A stretch of 64,000 nucleotides of DNA, taken from Tubiluchus corallicola. Lineage: Eukaryota > Animalia > Priapulida. The stretch spans positions 248,001 through 312,000 of the forward strand of contig JAQGDQ010000192.1 in NCBI GenBank assembly GCA_030141605.1. The letters run 5' to 3'. The notes below the pieces were generated by a model. That model had not been told where the DNA came from, ran no database searches, and saw only the letters and a program-made list of their open reading frames with translations. The position numbers and the translations under genes were made by a program. This document shows positions 1 to 32,200 of this stretch, one piece after another (within the stretch, counting starts at the first letter, position 1; each line of letters begins with the position of its first letter).

Positions 1-643
1 TTTGCGGTTTCATAAATTAACATTATTACGGTCTTATAGCTATGTGGTGTAATGTAGTTTTGTGTAGGGCACCTTTAAACATGCTTACAAGAGAGCCTTG
101 TAGGCGCTATAGGGCATGGCAAAAGTTAAAACAGTATAGTACTACAAAAGTCTAATGTTTCTGGCCTATTCTCGTAATATCAAGGCTAGCTTTAACTTCA
201 CACTTTTCTGGACTGTCAAAGTAAGAAAGTATTAAAGTATTGAAAAATAACAGCACTTTTGCATTTCCTACACAATTTGATAACCTTCTTGTAGCGACTT
301 GTATTTGTATTTGTGTGGCTACATATATAGGACATTGCTTAAAAATCAATAAAAACCTTAATTATGAAATGAGAACTCCTGCCGACTGCTTTCATTTTTA
401 GTGAAACAATAGTAATGTGAAATAATTTTCGTTTTTTTCATATATGTGTATGTCGTGAGCGTCAATATAAGTCGAACAGAATAAAAAGTTTACTGGAATT
501 TTACAGCATTCTGTTAGTGCATTTCGTTGAAAGTTGGACCAACTTCAATCATAAGTGTGCCAACCCCTAATGTTACAGAGTGACACTGATAGTCACAGTA
601 TCAACATTCCTTTTACACAGCCATACAAAAAAGATTGACGTAC

Positions 644-19273
<18,630 letters not shown>

Positions 19274-20462
19274 TATGTGTCTCATGACTGCCACATTACA
19301 GTCGTTCACTAAAGGTATGTTGAATACGTGTTTCACAAATTAAAACCTGACTTAGCTGAGTTTCATAAACACACGATCTGCGTAATTCACACATGGGTAT
19401 GATACAACTAAGCATCATGACAACATACATTCCAAGCACATATTACTCTTTTTTAATGAGTAAAGGTAAAACTGGCTCTACGAAAACCACTGTTTAGTCG
19501 TAAAATAATCGCGCTATTACACCTCCTCCACCCAAAGTAAAAGCAAGTAGTGGGTGGCTGTTTTCAAGTGCACAACATTTTTACGACACTCCAACACAAT
19601 TATAGTTTCCTGCGTGCAATTTTTTCAAAAATGCACTGACAGATTGCACTAATATTCAAGCAGAGATTTCACTAATAGCCACTTATCAATATTAATGTAT
19701 TTACGTTTTGACTTTTACAGTAGTTGTTATTGTATGCCGCTGGCTGCTATAAACAGCTTGTTACGAAATCAGCGAACTGTCCTAGGCTCAACCGTTGCCA
19801 AGAAACCATAGGCTGGAATATCGTCTTTTGCCCCCTTGCAAGTTTCTAGGAGGCGTTTCTTCACTCATCGTTTTGCGAAGATAATAACAAGGCATGATAC
19901 TGGGGAAATTACGATAGCTTACACTTGGCATTTATTGGGTGTTTTACTATAAATAGGCGTAGAAGCAGCAGAACTAACTCAAAATTAATAAAGCAATGAA
20001 ATTCATTCAAACAATTTAATATTATTGGGAAATGATGTTTGTTTTATACAGAATGAGTATTTTACATTTTGCTGACACAAAACAAACAGAATCTGAAATA
20101 AGAGCAGGAAAATTCCTATTGCCAGTACTAAAACAAATGGCAACCAATCCGTGAGAGTTTTGTGCAAAATGAAGTGCTTGTCTACATGGAGTGATCACGA
20201 ATGACTTTTGACCTAGAAGTCAATAACACAGCTTGCCATCTCATCACAAGGTTCCATTTTTTGATATATTTAAAGCTATATATTGGAGTAAAAACCGTTT
20301 TGTGTTGAATTGCGTATTTAATAGACACTCTGGTTTCGCTTTTTTTCTGGTAGCCTGTCATGTTAAATGTTGTGGCATAACTTAAAGAGGAAAAAGCAAA
20401 ACATTTTTGCAGTTACAATTTGAAAGCAAAATGTTATACTGCTACTAAGTTCACGAAGCAAG

Positions 20463-20587
20463 AGCAAATATTGACGGCCAATTATTACAATTGCGAACAT
20501 CATAAAAGATATAAGATATAAGAAGATCTTGTATCTTATATCTCTTATGACGTTCGCAATGGTAATAAGTGGTCGTCAATATTTGCT
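20463..20587. repeat. 125-bp near-perfect palindrome
   Basis: Arms of ~61 bp with 6 mismatches and a loop of about 3 nt. Confidence 0.9.
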
Positions 20588-20825
20588 GAGCCGAGAGAAA
20601 TTGGTAATTAGAATGACTTGATTAATTATTTATTTAATTAGTTATTTGATTGATTTATGTACTTTCTCATATGCTTTCTTATTCATTGGCCGCAAAACTT
20701 TATCATTTACTCATTAGGAAGATGAAAAATCTGGTCTCGTTACTGTCTGCGCAAAGATCAGTAGTACCTTCATAACCCCCTACGATGAAAACTGTAGCAT
20801 ATGATAGCTTTCAAAGATAAACGTG

Positions 20826-20892
20826 ACAATAACAATACCACCATCACCACCACCACCACCACCAACAACAACAACAGCTACGTAACAATAAT

Positions 20893-20988
<96 letters not shown>

Positions 20989-21059
20989 AACAATAACAAT
21001 AACAATAACAATAACAATAACAATAACAATAACAATAACAACAACAACAGTGGCAGCGA

Positions 21060-21090
<31 letters not shown>

Positions 21091-21105
21091 AACGACCGCA
21101 ACAAC
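20826..21105. repeat. (ACA)n/(ACAATA)n/(GCA)n microsatellite
   Basis: Directly visible. Confidence 0.97.
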
Positions 21106-22554
21106 ATTATCAAGAATTAGAGATCCTGCACTTCGTTCGGATCCAAAATTTTTAAATGAGTACAATTACTTCATCTGTGCATAACTGCGTGCAAAGCTGC
21201 CACCAGAATGACAGCAACAACATTCCAGCTTCAAAACTGTTTTGAAACCGCAGTCAAAAATCCAGCTAACTATTGCTACCACACACGCTGAATGTAAACT
21301 TCCAATTATGAAAAACTTGCCAATATGCTTGTATCTATTAGCAAGCCGTCAACATCTTTTACTCAGAGCTACTGCAAACAAATGTATTATTTTGACGTTA
21401 GTTAATGAATGTGCTATTAGTCACAGATTATTTTTACACTAGGTTTGGCTTGCGTTGGTTTTGAAAGAACGATAATCAACGATAAAACCGTTTTGTAATA
21501 TAATTGCAAAACCAAGAAAACAAAACACAAAAGCTAATTACTAATGCCACTATGACTATAATATCTACTTTTACGGCTTACAATTTTGCCACTTTATTTT
21601 AAAATATAAGTTTGGAAGAAGGTGAAAAATAACTTTGACGAGCATCGTTGTATTTAATGCGTGAGTGTAGTATACCTTAGCAAGGTTATATCGGGTGGCG
21701 CAGAGAAAATATGCCTGAACTTTAGACAACAATATTAGAAACAAGTGCATTATAAAGTTGGAATTTTGTAGATTAATATTACAGTACATAACTTTTGGCT
21801 GTGGCTGTGCAAGTTACAACTTTATAGTTTTAGTGGTTGTTAAGTCATGGCGAATACAATTGCATGTTAAACAATTAAATGTGAACAATGTCAGTTATAC
21901 TCATCAACTGAAAAACAGCCATGCTGAGGTATAAAACACCCAAAATGGCAGCAAAACAATAAAGAAATTTAAGCAGTTTATATCATCGTCTTCACCACAG
22001 AAAATAAAGCATTAGCTGATAAAGATTTATTGTCAAGAAAAAATGGGATTTAATTTTTTAGATTACGGTATCTGGAATTCCCTTAAAGAGAAAGTGTACA
22101 ATAGCCACACAGAGGCGTTTAGTACATAGGAATTAAAGGCGGAAATTATTGAGTGCTTGGAGCAAATACACCTTAAAGAAGAGAGAAACTGCTGTTTCGT
22201 CTAGTTTGCAGTGAATATGTGGACACATTTTGTTATAAATTTTAAAAACAGTGACAGTTTTTTCTGGCCTTTATTTTTTTGACTTGTTGATTTAAAACTG
22301 TATCTTTGGACAAATCTAAAAAATGACCTAAAATTTTTGGCGTTTATACATAAACGACTGTAATCAATGAGGTACTTTGCTTCTTATCAAAACTTCGGCA
22401 AATTTTTTGCGTCACCTGATAGATACACGGTATTGATCACGATATTGATACAATTATATTATTGTTCATCACGGTATTGATATAATATTGTAACCGAATA
22501 TGTCATATTCTGTCATTTAGCTTCCCTATTGGCTTCATATTGCAACCGAATCTG

Positions 22555-23030
22555 TCATGTAGCTTTCCTATTAGACAATAATATTGCCCCGTTATATTTC
22601 AACACTATTTTTCTAACTGGTACAAGATTAAAAGAGAATTTTGTGATTTCGTGATTTGTGAAAGAAATCTTTATTCAATTTGAGCAAATTATCGTTCTTA
22701 GCAAAATTTAAACATGATTTTCAGTTTGAGTCATGTCTGAAAAATGTTAAAATTAGGAAAGACCAAATTCAGAACAACTGCTCATAACCTTATGACAGAG
22801 ACTGGGCGATATGAAAGAATACCTTGAACCAAGGAAAAATTGCTTGTGTGAAATATGTAACATAGTAGAGGATGTATACCATTTTTGGTTTTCGGTGAGA
22901 AAAGTTCAATGTGCTTTGGCAAAATTTATTCTTACATGTATATGATATAATATGGCGTAATTGTGTATTTGCATTTGTAACTTTGATCGGCCCTGTTGAC
23001 CATACATCATAATAAATATCTACCTATCTC
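22555..23030 (+). mobile_element. Degenerate LINE 3' fragment, paralog of the 25900-27425 copy
   Basis: Aligns by eye with 26135-26665 plus 27361-27425; HNLMTETGRY remnant; AATAAA and (TATC)n tail. Confidence 0.7.
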
Positions 23031-24846
23031 TAAAGTGGTCGTTAAAGAGGAATTTCATTTGTTTTTTCTTTAAGGCTGCTTAGATAAATTTCCCCCATTT
23101 ATATTTGTATCATTACCGTCAAAACGGCACTTGCCAAATAAACACCTGCGTGCCTGCCCGTGAAGCCATAACTTATAGTTTGTCCGTTTGAATTGCATCT
23201 TTTACTCTTTCTCTCTTGCATTTATGTGTAATTACGTACATCCGCGTACTGATTAGAAATACAAAAAAATGGAAGACAAATTATAACTTTACGCTTTTTG
23301 GACCCACTTCCAAAATCCCTGTATTTGTTAACTAAATAATATCATTGCTTTGTAGTTACGGAGGCATTGTTTTAGCACAGGTCAAGCTTTGGAATAAAAA
23401 AACAACATTATTATATTTACCAAATAAGAAAACCATTCAATGCAGGAGTTGTGGCGCAGTCTGTAAACTTTAGGCTTATACTAACTGTGTAATGGCAAAG
23501 TTACAAAGTGGACTCTAATCTTTCTCTCTGAGATTTTTCTCTGAGATTGCTCGGAAAATAATAACAATAACGGTGATTGCAGCGATGACGACAACAACAC
23601 TATTTGATGCGATTATTATGTACAGCATAATTGGAACAAAACGCAATCATTTTAACTTGGTAAAAGCGTCACCGATCGATTTAGAAAATTAAAGGCCGCG
23701 CGTTTCAGTTATAATCTGAATTTTATGGCTAATCGCTCGAATATTAAAATCGAGTTCTTGTACAAAAAATGTTGACTTAAGACACCTTAATGTGCTGCAC
23801 TGCAAACAGAAAAAATTTACATAACTCATAAATTATTAATAAAGTTGCTAAACTATATTCTTCATTTAATTTTAATTTACACCAGTGCGAAGAAGTCCAG
23901 GATGTCCGTAATTTATGAGCAGTGCTTGCTTATTTGGGAAACATCAATCAGTACAATTTTTGAAAAAGCTGTATTCTTTTAACCCACCAGTTTGCATAAA
24001 TTCAGATGAGAGGTGAAAATGGGGGAGATACATGTTTAAGTTGCGAAAATTTATTGTAGTCATTTTTTCGCCTGACTCAGTGAGAGCAGGTGAAGCTATT
24101 AGTTTTTCAAATATTTGCCTCCTTTTAAAGGTTGAACGCATGCGAGACGAATTTATGAGTCAAAAGTTGTTAACTGTTGAGGTTATTTTTCCCACAAGGC
24201 CTTTTACTATGACAAAGAGCTGTGTAAAATATTATTTGAAGAACAGCCTCATTAAATTTTCATACACCTCAACGAAATCGCCTTGAAATTCACTTCTGTT
24301 TGTGGGATTTTAATCCTTAAATCTTTTTAATGACATTTAGGGGGTATATGAGAAGTAATTAGGCTCTTTATTTGCCTAAGAACTTTCCTACTAATCCAAG
24401 TCTTTGTAAAGTGACGTATATATGTTATGTATCTAAGTTTTATAATTCCTGATTTCCTTATTTAAGTACAAAATTAGATAATGATTTTGTGTTTGTTTAT
24501 TGAACCACCATTACTAAACATTACATTACAAACAAATAAACAATACAGATTTAATCAACAGTAAAAGAAACGTTTTCTAGAGACAAAATCCCTTTGCAAG
24601 GGAATATTGTGGTTCGAGTATACGAGTGTTAAAAATAGTTATCACAACAATGTTACATAAAGTAGGATTAATAACTCTTTACACAATTGTATCGAGATTT
24701 TATTTAGACAGTAACTGATTCCTAGTCTGAGATGCTGATTTCAGAAAAGCTTAATTATGCTTAGTCTCGCATAATTCGTCATCTTAACTACTATTATAGA
24801 CAAATTTATCATTGTCATTTTGTGTGGCAGAAAATACCGGGAACGT

Positions 24847-25345
24847 AAGATAAGATAATATAAGATAAGATAAGATAATATTTATTTTCATCGGTATGAT
24901 ATAAAACAGTACATATTTGTAAAACATGAGCTTAAAGCTCGTAAACCGATATCAAACATAATGTATATGAGCGATAACATGGTAATAATATGTACTTCTT
25001 AAAAACTTTTAGATGCCACCTACATGAAAGACAGTAAAAATTTGAGACAGTAAAAATTTAGGCAGTGACATTTTCTAAAATTTACACAAAAAGCTATGGT
25101 CAATAAAAAATTTTCCTGCCAACACATTCAGCATTTAATTAAGACTTAATAAAATTGGGAAGTTCGCTGAATTTACAAATGGCACATTTACATGATGCAC
25201 CAGTCCATGAGTTAATTAGACGTTTAAATTCCCCAAGATTTTCGGCCATTCGGAGACAGTTTGGTAATTCATTCCACAATGTGGCTCCATAATAGGAGAA
25301 ACTTTTCTTTCCGTATGTAACACGGAACACGTATTTTCAACATTA
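24847..25345 (-). mobile_element. 3' fragment of a CR1/L2-type LINE
   Basis: YGKKSFSYYGATLWNELP..LR....LGEFKRLI is a typical ORF2 C-terminus, followed by AATAAA and a (TCTTA)n tail. Confidence 0.8.
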
Positions 25346-25899
25346 TTAAAAACGGTCAATCTGTCATCCATTATTGTGTGAAAATCAGAGAACCTTAAGT
25401 GCCCATCTTCAATCACTCGTAAGAGAAAGAGTACAGAATTTCAGTCACTACGCCTACGTTATTTACGTAGGTAATTTAGAAACATTTGGCCAGGTAAACT
25501 CCAAACTAACACGAACAATACTTGTTTCCACTTATTCCTGCATTATCTAAATGAGCATACATTGATCTATGTATGCGGAACGGTGTTTGCCCACTTTACT
25601 GCATTCAGTATTATTATGTTTAACCGTATTTACACTAGTCTTAACTATGCTAATGGAATTTTGTGATATTTCCTATGTTCTTTCTCTTGTTGCTGCTGCG
25701 TCTCAGTCTCCAGAGTGTGTAAAATACTATGCTACATTCATTAAAAGCATCCCAATTCTTATGTTGAAATAATACATCTTCATTTGAATTTTATTTTAGC
25801 TTAAGTAAAATCAGCCATATCAAAGATATAAATTTCAGATCAATTTGAGAAATTTTTGTTTATAAAAAGCTGCTTACAAAGTTTCTTAATATAATTTAC

Positions 25900-27425
25900 G
25901 TACTGGTGATCTAGCTTACCAGCATGCTATCATGCTTTTCGACATATTTGAATGAGGATGAAGGAAATAGCTAATTGGTATGACGTGCTGCTTAGCAACT
26001 CAGGTTCAGCAACAATGGGTCTGTTGAAGGAGGATGCATATAGTTTGTTGTATAGACCTACTCACTTGAATGTAGCTAAGATAGTTGTTTAATGTGTCAT
26101 CGTGGAAGATTATCCTTTATGTGGATATCAATTTAGCCTTTCTATTAGACAATAATATTGCCCCTTTGTATTTTAATACCATTTTTCTTACAGACATCTC
26201 AGATTAAAAGCTAATTTTGGATCTCATGGAGGGAATCTCTAAACAGTATGAACAAATTATCATTCTTAGCAAAGTTTAAACATGATTTTTAGTTTGAGTC
26301 ATATCTGGAAAATGTTAGAAACAGGAAATATAGGATAGCTCTGACCAAACTCAGAACTAGTGTTCATAACCTTGCAATAGAGACTGGACGATCTAAAAGA
26401 CCACCTATACCAAGAAAAAATCGTTTGTGTGAATTATGTAACACAGTAGAATATAGGATGAATGCCATTTTTGTTTTGCTATGGGAAAAACAATGTGGCC
26501 TGTAATTTTTTGTTAAATACTGTAAACTAATGTATTCCTGAGTTTTGTAATTTAACGGACAATCATGCATTGAAGTCTCTTGTGTAATTTAACAGTGTGT
26601 TCAACGTGCCGTGGCAAAATTTATTTGCACACATATGGATGTGATATAATATGACATAATTGTGTCAGTAAGTCCTCGCTCAACGAGTCCATTTAGCGAC
26701 GTTTTGATTTAACAACGCTGGCCATTAGACACGTTTCTTTCGCTTAACGATGCACATTTCATTTTAACGACGATTTTTTTTATTTTTCTCAAGGCAAATT
26801 TTTATTTTATCGACGACATTGTTACCCGATTTGATGCATTAAAACAGTACATATTGTGTTATACTCTTCTAAAAATGCATCAATAAAGTAAACAGTGCAC
26901 TTATCATATGTTTTTGCTACAGAACTGACTTGTGACCCTAATTCAACTATCAAGTGACCAGCGAACAAACTTTACCCAAGGAATTTTGCCTGCAAGCTGT
27001 TGCTGACTAAGTAAGTCGGTAGATAATTTCTCAATGTCGCTCCATGGCTTAGCTTTGACTCTGCTGTGTTTATTGTTTATCGGCTGCCTAGGCTTTAAAC
27101 ATTAATGAAAGAGAAACCACTATAGCTAGGTATTAGTAAGAAAAAATATATAGGTGGTTTCAGGAAAGCAGAAAGACATTAATCAGTAGATATATGAATA
27201 AAACTTATAAAATGTTTAACTTATATGATTTAAGCAGTATTGATTGTTGTCTCTGTAACGTATCTCAGTTCTTTTACATTACATTCTATGGAAGTCTTGG
27301 CTTCGTTTGGCTTAACATCGCGTTTTGCTGGAACGTATTAGCATCGCTAAGTGAGGACTGTATTTGTGTTTGCAACTTTGATTGACCCTCTTGGCCATAT
27401 ATCATAATAAATGTCTATCTATCTT
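25900..27425 (+). mobile_element. Degenerate LINE 3' fragment with C-terminal zinc-knuckle remnant, interrupted by a MITE
   Basis: LRTSVHNLAIETGRSKRPPIPRKNRLCELCNTVE..DECHF at about 26350-26470. Confidence 0.75.
26666..27360. mobile_element. Tigger/pogo-like MITE inserted at a TA site
   Basis: Ends cagtaagtcctcgctcaacg...tcgctaagtgaggactg|ta. The empty site tgtg-ta-tttg is visible in the paralog at about 22962-22972. Confidence 0.72.
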
Positions 27426-27965
27426 TATAAGTATTGCGCTTCCAGACCCGCCATAACCATCAGCATTAAAAAGGTCCTGTTTAAGTGCCCAGTATAGGTT
27501 TCGAGAGCACTGAACTGTATAAAAAATTGCTGACAATAATGTAACTGCTGGGGTAACGCACAAATCGTCAGCAGACTACGTGACTAAAAGACAACCATTA
27601 CGAAAACAACAAGATGATACCACTTGGAAAAATTAGCACAAAGCAAACAAAGCGAAAATCGTGCGCTCACTGTAGATGTCTCTTGCTTTTTAAAAGAAAC
27701 AGAGTACGACAATTTCTTATATTTTCTGGGATATATTTTCTCGGAGCACTAATGTATTAATAAAACTTCAAGACCACCATACTTGGAAACAATATTTTAG
27801 GATCCTGACAAGCAGTATACTATTCATTTTTTGTACGACATTCCATTGCTTTTGCACCTGCCTTTCTATACAAAATGTTTAGGTTTCAAATTAATTCCTA
27901 AATCTTTAGAAGTGGATTCCCAAGGAAAACAACAGTAACAGATGACCACTTGATGAAACAAGTGC

Positions 27966-28802
27966 GCGGTAAAAACGCACTGGTAAAAATGGCACAGATA
28001 AAAATGGTACCGGAACAAATGGCACAGTAAAATGGTACACGTAAAAATGGCACAGGTAAAATTGTACAAGCAAAGATGGTACAGGAAAAAGTGATACAAG
28101 AAAACATGGCGCAGGAAAAATATGAGTTAGGTTAGAGTTACTGTTAGGGATAATTATTTTTCTTTTATTTTTTAAGTTTACCAAGGAGGTCACATTTTCA
28201 ACGTCTAAGGCATAGGGTAAGCAAAATGAATTTGCCGGGGAAGGCCAAAAAAGATCTTTTTGCTCATTTTCAACCAAAAATTTCCACAACACCTTTGCAA
28301 AAATGCCTTCGTGGAGAGAATTTTATAGCTCACTGGAAAGAGGGGGAACTTAGCTACAAGATAATAAATACCTTCGCCTGGACGAATGACTACGGGTTAG
28401 TTCCAGGTCAGCCTTATAAGCTAACTTCAGTTTGTCTGTCAATCCATATTATGAAAGTCAAAACAGGTCAAAGAACTGTAGACAAATGCTAAATATAAGA
28501 TATTTGTGCACTGTTGATTATAATTCTATGAACAAAATGTTTGGTGGGCTATTTCACTGTAGTGCATGTATATTTTTGTATGTTGTCTGTTCTTCGTTGT
28601 TTTATGTGTGTTATTCTTATCAGAAAAAACAGACAAACATATTTAGGATTATTCAACGTTGGCGGTCTGCTTCCTACTGAGTGCATTTTAGTTTTACATA
28701 TATGCCATTTTTTCTACTATTCCGTTTGTACCCTTTTTCCTGTGCCATTTTTAACGGGTCATTTTTTCGTATGCCATTTTTATCTGTGCCTTTTTTACCT
28801 AC
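27966..28802. mobile_element. Foldback-like non-autonomous element, inverted arrays of 15-bp GGTAAAAATGGCACA
   Basis: Forward array 27966-28120 and reverse-complement array 28700-28802. Confidence 0.7.
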
Positions 28803-28899
28803 TTTCGATGAAGCTCGCTATGCTGCTCGCTCTTCAAAAAGTTCATGAATGAAAATACAATTAGCTTTGCTTTGAAAAGGCAGAAAAGTGAGTATGATG

Positions 28900-29100
28900 A
28901 CGTTATAGGGGCGTCTAAGCAAAAAATTCCATCTTAATTCTTGCAAGCCTCAACAGCATCGGCTTACAACATCGGTAAAATACAAAAAAACGCCTTGCTT
29001 TTTGTTAATTAACGAGAAACCTGAACAGCTAAAATTGCGGAAGAGTTCTGTTTTCAGATGAATCAACTCTTCAACAACTTGTTGCACAATTGGGAGGTTC
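28900..29100 (+). mobile_element. Tc1-like transposase remnant
   Basis: Fragments RLT...KRLAF and RVLFSDEST (first catalytic Asp motif). Confidence 0.5.
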
Positions 29101-29299
29101 CCACATTACTAAACTACCACGCACAAATGTCGCGCCAAGGAAGTTAAAGAAATAGCTTCCCAAAGTGAAGTGGGGAATTTACTTTTAGGTATGTGTGTAC
29201 AGTCTAAATCAACGCGATGGAGAGAAAGAGAGAGGACAGACTCAAGCGTTTCAAATTTGAACAGAGTGCTATTGGCAAACCCTTGAATGGATGTAAATC

Positions 29300-32200
29300 A
29301 ATGGACCACCAGTCAAAGACCACAGGTCGAAGGGCCACCAGATAAAGAACCACCTGTAAATACTTTAAATTGTCTTCCCTAATCAATGATGATAATTTGT
29401 TATTATGCAAAAACGACCTTTTTTTCCATATGAATGTGAGTAGCCTTAATAAACATTTTAGTAACATAATGGATGGCATCAATCACTTTCCAAATCCACC
29501 TGATATAATTGCTCTCCCCGAGACGATGTTACGTGATAATGCCCCCTTTTTATGTGGAATTTCAGGTTACCACTTTATTTCAAAAAATTCGACCACTAAA
29601 GCAGGTGGCGTGGCTTTATATGTAAAAGAGACCCTTGAATACACTTTACTAACTGAATACTCCATAAATCCCCATAAAGTATATACTAACACTCTACCTC
29701 ATATTGTCAGTAGAATATTAGTAGATTACATCTGGATTAGTTTATCTACTACCCAAAAAACTTTCCTATTATTTTCGAGGTCATTTATCGCCATCCAAAT
29801 TATTCTGTGGCACACTTTCATGATGAACTGGAAATGATATTAAGCAAAATTAATACTACTGGGAAGCCAGCATTTATTTGCGGGGATTTTAATATAAATT
29901 TAATACAACACCAAGATAAACCTTTTGTCGCAAACTATTTAAATATGATTTTCGCGTCACATTTTACACCTGTTATTACTCGGCCGACTAGAATAACCCC
30001 TACATCCAAAACACTAATAGACCACTTCTATACCAATTATTATCAAAAACCTTTAATTCCCGGTATAGTTCTTGCAGAAGTTTCTGATCATCTACCGATA
30101 TTTTTAGTAGTGAAAAGATCTCATATTGCCAACAATTTGTTCAAGAAAACTAAACGTGATATGACTAATTTTAATCAAGTAAATTTTCTTAATGATCTGT
30201 ATACTATGATTCAAAATAATCTCTCCATGCCTATTGTAGATATGAACACATCTTTGGAGATACTATTAAATAAATTTAATGAAATACTGAATAAACATGC
30301 CCCTCTTAAGATAATGACTAGGAAAGAAATAAAAACCTCTCAAAAACCATGGATAACATCTGGTATCTTAAAGTCTATACAAACTCGTAGTAAAATGTAC
30401 TTAACTCAGTCTTCTTTGTTGTATAAAATAAAATACCACAAATCCTATTCTAATAAATTAAATCATATTAAGGAACTAGCAAAAAAGAACTATTATTGTA
30501 AACTACTTGAGAATCAAAGAAATAACATGAAACAAACATGGTGTACTATTAACAATATTATTAAAAGTAAAAATAAATCTCAAATGATACCAAAAGAAAT
30601 AATGTATAACGGTCAATCTGTAACCAATTCAACTAATATTACAAACATTTTCAACAAATTCTTTCAGTCCGTAGGTACTTCTATGGCTAGTCAAATTTCT
30701 GGATCGATGAATACCTACCAGTCGTACCTTACCAATCCGAACATTAACTCAATCTTTTTAACTCCGGTTCTTGTACAGCAAATTAAATGTGAGATCTTAA
30801 AGCTGAATGAAAATAAAACATGTGGGCGTGAAGACATTCCAATTAAATTCTATAAAATTGCAGTAGACGTAATATCACCTGTATTGGCCAATCTTTTTAA
30901 TTCATCCATTAACGAAGGGGTGTTTCCTGACATACTCGAAATAGGTAAAATTATTCCAATATACAAATCAAACTCTCCAATAAACCCTACAAATTATCGT
31001 CCTATCTCTATGCTTTCCCCTATTGCTAAATTATTTGAAAACATTTTATTTAAACAACTATCAAGCTTCTTTATAACTAATAATATTCTTTCTCGATTTC
31101 AAATTGGATTTAGAAAAAATCATTCGACAGATTTAGCAACTGCAGAGTTTATTGAAAATATGTTGAAATCTTTATATAAAAATACTACAACTTGTGCTAT
31201 ATTTTTTGATCTTTCAAAAGCCTTTGATACTGTTCAACATGATATTCTTCTTGAAAAACTAAGGCACTATTAGAGGCATTGCACTGAAACTGCTGCAGTC
31301 ATACCTATCGAATCGTAAACAGTTTACCGTTGTCCTTAATTCACCATCAGAGTTAGTCAATATAAACTGTGGAGTCCCACAGGGTTCTACCGTAGGACCT
31401 TTGCTTTGCCTTATATATATAAATGATCTGCCTTCAGTTCCTAGCTTTCAATCCCGTTTATTTGCAGACGATACAAACCTTTTTATTTCGGACACCAACG
31501 TACAAAATTTAGAAACAAATACAGAGTTGTCAAAAATCAGTGAGTGGATGAAGGCTAATAAGCTGTCAGCCAATACCTCTAAAACCAAGTTCCTGATCAT
31601 TAGTAAAAAAAATCAATATGTACCACAGTTTACTATTAAAATTAATAACCATGAAATAGAGCAAGTGTCTAGCATAAAATATTTAGGGCCTTACATTGAT
31701 TCAGACATGAAATGGAAATCCCACATTAATATAATTGCAAGTAAACTGAGTAAAACGGCCGGTATTATTGCTAAACTCAGACACTATATTGACAGAAACA
31801 CATTAAAACTCATATACCATGCACTTGTCTATCCCTACCTGAAATATTGCATTCTATTATGTGGAAAAGCCAAAATTACTTACCTGTATCCGCCAAATAC
31901 TGTACATAATAAAATTGTTAAACTAATGACGTTTGCAACACGTGATCATGCCACGCCCTCATATATGTCCTTTGGTGTCCTTAAATTAAAAGATATTTAC
32001 TCTATAGAGCTTTTAAGTTTATGTACAAGTATGAAAATAATATGTTGCCGTCCTTGTATGCTAGCTACTTTACACTAATTAGAGATTCACACTCGTATAC
32101 TACTAAAGCAGCTACTGGGGGCCACTGTTTCCAGCAACAATTTCTAACATCTTATGGTTTAAATTCCTTGCAATTTTTAGGTGTCAAGTTGTGGAATAGC

